Source: Zygnema circumcarinatum SAG 698-1b (taxonomy: Eukaryota > Plantae > Zygnematophyceae). From it: a DNA stretch of 64,000 bases. Numbering within the stretch: position 1 is the first letter of the stretch; each line of letters begins with the position of its first letter. Below, in pieces: positions 61,661 through 64,000 of this stretch. The stretch is taken from positions 372,001 to 436,000 of the forward strand of contig CM074820.1 of assembly GCA_037447605.1 (NCBI GenBank), read 5' to 3'. Below the pieces are notes generated by a model. It searched no databases and had not been told where the DNA came from. It worked only from the letters and a program-made list of their open reading frames with translations. The position numbers were made by a program, and so were the translations under genes.

Positions 61661-63829
61661 CGCGAGAGAGAGAGGGGGGGGGAGAGAGAGAGAGAGAGGA
61701 GGCCTTGCTTACGCTGTGTGCTATTATTGGTGGTGGGTTCAGGTGCTTTCCCGGCAGTTCGCCTTTCTGTTAAAGTCCGTTCCGAACCTCTTCCCGGGCC
61801 TGAACAGTGCCGGGTCGCTGCTCAGCGCCAAGTGTCGCAATCTCATTTGGGTATTGCCCCNNNNNNNNNNCCCCCCCCCCCCCCCCCCCCCCAAGGCAAG
61901 TCAAGTCAAGTCAAGTCAAGTCAAGTCAAGCCAAGTCGAGTCAAATCAAGTGAAGGCAAGGCAAGTCAAGGCAAGTCAAGTCAAGTTGTGTTGAATCAAG
62001 TGAAGCCACTTCTAGTGAAGTCGAGTCGAATCGAGTCAGTCAAGTCAATTCGAGTCGAGTCGAGTCAAGTCAGGACAAGTCATGTTAAGTCGAGTCAACT
62101 GAAACGAAGTGAAATCAATTCGATAGATTCCAAGTCAAGATTAGTCAACGGAGGTCAAGCCGAGTCAAGCAGGTCAAGTCATATCCATTCTGAGAGAGCA
62201 ACCGATTCTGCAAAGCCCTCGTCCTTTTTAACATATCCCTCTCTCTCTGAATCATTTCTTACTGCTTCCGAGCCCTTTTTTAGCCTTTCACTTTCCCCAT
62301 TTTTTTTTTTCCTTTTTTGCCTTGCTGCCCGCAGGTCTGCCCGGAAGGCTATGATGTGGTGGAACTGTACATATACCTCACAGAGCCCTGCCACGTGGCA
62401 TCTCTACTGCTAACTGTGGCACATGGAGCCGACGATTCCACCTCTCCGCGTTGCTTCGATGTTCGAGTTGGTCGCCATCTCGACTCCTTAGAACTCGTTA
62501 TGGAGGTAATGGAGCTCAAATTTCTTCATACAAACCCTAAAACCCTAAACCCTGAAACCCTAAAACCCTAACTCTCTACCCGAAAACAAGATGCTAAGGA
62601 CGTTGACATTGCACATGCGCACGATTGATTTTGTTCAGAGATTGGGATTTTCTGAGAGTTCTGGGTTTAATTTTGGGTGGGACGAAACAGAGTGGAATTA
62701 TTCCGAAATGTGGGCAAGGCACACAGCTGCTTTACACTCTCCCTGCGAAGCGTGGGATAGAGGAGAGAGGGAGTGAGCCGATACGATATGGGGAGGGGGG
62801 AGCCTCTCTCTACCTCTTCGAAGAGGGAGAGAGAGAGCTCGACTTCCTGTCGAGAGTGGTAGCGATCACCTTCTATCCGTCGGTTCCCAATTCGAAAATG
62901 ACACTTGGACAGGTAAAGGGAGGGAGAAGGAGAGAGAGAGAGAGAGAGAGAGAGGAAGAGAGAGGGAGAGGGGAATGGGGAAGAGTTTTGATTTTGCTTG
63001 TGGTTATTTGTTTTTTTTTTCTTTTCCACTCGCTTCTCTTTATTTTGTCCTCTGCCCTTTCCCTCTCCCCCCCCCTTCTCCCGGTCTCTCCCCCACCCCC
63101 TCTTTCCTCTCTATTTATCCCTTTCTTTTCCTCCTTCTGTATAGTGAGATCTCTCCTTTCCCTCTCTCCCAGTCTGCCACTCCTCCCTCTCCCTATCTCT
63201 CTCCTCCTCCCTCTCCCTCTCCTCCCGCCCACCCTCTCTCTCTCCCTCCCTAATTGTCACAACGTCACTTCTCCTTCAACACTAGTCCGAAAAAAGTATT
63301 TGTTCAGTTCAACTGTCAGCCACACTTTGAAAAAGAAACATTGAAGTTAATAATCATTACAAACGATAATAATACTTATGAACTTTCCTATTGCTTGTAG
63401 GTGGAGGTGTTAGGAACATCCCTTGTCTCCGACGCACGCAGAAATCATTTGAAAAACGGAAAAGTGAACAAAGTAACGGAAAACGGAACTTCCCAAAGTC
63501 ACATAGAACCTTCCGTTCCACAGAACCCAAACTCCCTCGCCATAGAAAGTCTAATGGATATGGATTGGGGAATTCCAAGAGACTTTTCAAACCTTGCAAT
63601 AGAGGAAGGAGCATCTGTGAACGGAAAATCCGTTCCGATGGGCTGGCAAAGTTTCGACAACGGAACTGAAACGGAGAGCGTGAACGGGGACGGAATTATG
63701 CACCCTCTTAGAAGTGATGTTTTGGGAAATTCTCAAGGGGAGGAAGAGGAGGGTTTTGGGTTCATGGCTGGGAGAAGCCCCTCTGAGAAATTTGCTCGCT
63801 TGGTTCGGAGATTGGGACATCCTCACAAG
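58382..63829 (+). CDS. SAC9: SAC-domain phosphoinositide phosphatase with WW domain, SAC9 (5' seven exons; continues beyond the window)
   Basis: Exons 58382-59011, 59462-59594, 59767-61355, 61743-61850, 62335-62505, 62691-62912, 63401-63829 are frame-consistent; ARRSRLHPGTRYLARGLN, WRRGTVPIWW, catalytic [57 protein letters not shown]. Confidence 0.95.
59059..59157. repeat. 11-bp minisatellite (GGTTAAACTGC/AC) x~9 in SAC9 intron 1
   Basis: Directly visible. Confidence 0.9.
61893..62180. repeat. (CAAGT/CGAGT)n pentanucleotide satellite in SAC9 intron 4, preceded by a poly-C run with an N gap
   Basis: Directly visible. Confidence 0.9.
62532..62571. repeat. Degenerate interstitial telomere-like repeats (AAACCCT)n in SAC9 intron 5
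   Basis: aaaccctaaaaccctaaaccctgaaaccctaaaaccctaa; single telo-box-like copies also near 58066 and 46974. Confidence 0.8.
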
Positions 63830-64000
63830 GTACAAAAAGGGAGAGGGAGAGAGAGAGAGATTAAGAGAGTGAGAGAGAGAGAGAGAAAATCCAAAAACTA
63901 TGATTGGAACTCCTAAAATTTCCTCCTCTCCTTCCCCTCTCCTTCTTTCTTGGAAGCCTTCTCTCCCTTGTCCCCCTTGGCCCTCCCTCTCCCTCTCCTC

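Noticed and set aside
61718-62413. SQVKSS repeat protein
   Set aside because: A pentanucleotide satellite in SAC9 intron 4; the flanking exons splice in frame without it.
1-64000. rRNA, tRNA, prokaryotic, viral or organellar genes
   Set aside because: None recognised; the only tRNA-related sequences are 12-nt PBS or anti-PBS motifs.

Overview
Eukaryotic nuclear DNA of the green-plant (streptophyte) lineage, probably a non-seed plant or charophyte alga (inference from GT-AG introns, plant-type SAC9, RLCK-VII and SHOU4-like genes, plant initiator-Met PBS TGGTATCAGAGC and CCCTAAA repeats). Positions 1 to ~38.8 kb are a nested LTR-retrotransposon island. A Ty3/gypsy element (G1, minus) is split by a nearly intact Ty1/copia (A, 1676-12506, TSD CATGC), whose 3' LTR is interrupted by a non-autonomous copia derivative (B). 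Then come further B/C-type pieces, a chromodomain-bearing gypsy (G2, plus), and a decayed gypsy-like element (F) split by copia D (25295-37635, TSD GTTAT), which carries copia E in its 5' LTR. After a MITE-like element (~38.8-39.5 kb), positions ~40.7-64 kb are gene-rich: an RLCK-VII kinase, a SHOU4/At1g16860-like membrane protein with a 939-bp tandem duplication of its last exon, an unidentified coiled-coil/AT-hook gene on the minus strand, and the 5' part of SAC9. Most introns carry their own micro- or minisatellite. Best leads: an inverted copy of the PBS (tRNAiMet 3'-end mimic) in U5 of the non-autonomous element; Gag N-termini encoded in U5 and read through the PBS in three copia families; and a gypsy LTR with palindromic ends, no tRNA PBS, a hairpin-dense leader and a candidate -1 frameshift signal. 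Several N gaps and indel-rich stretches (especially 25-37 kb) limit certainty, and all alignments were done by eye.
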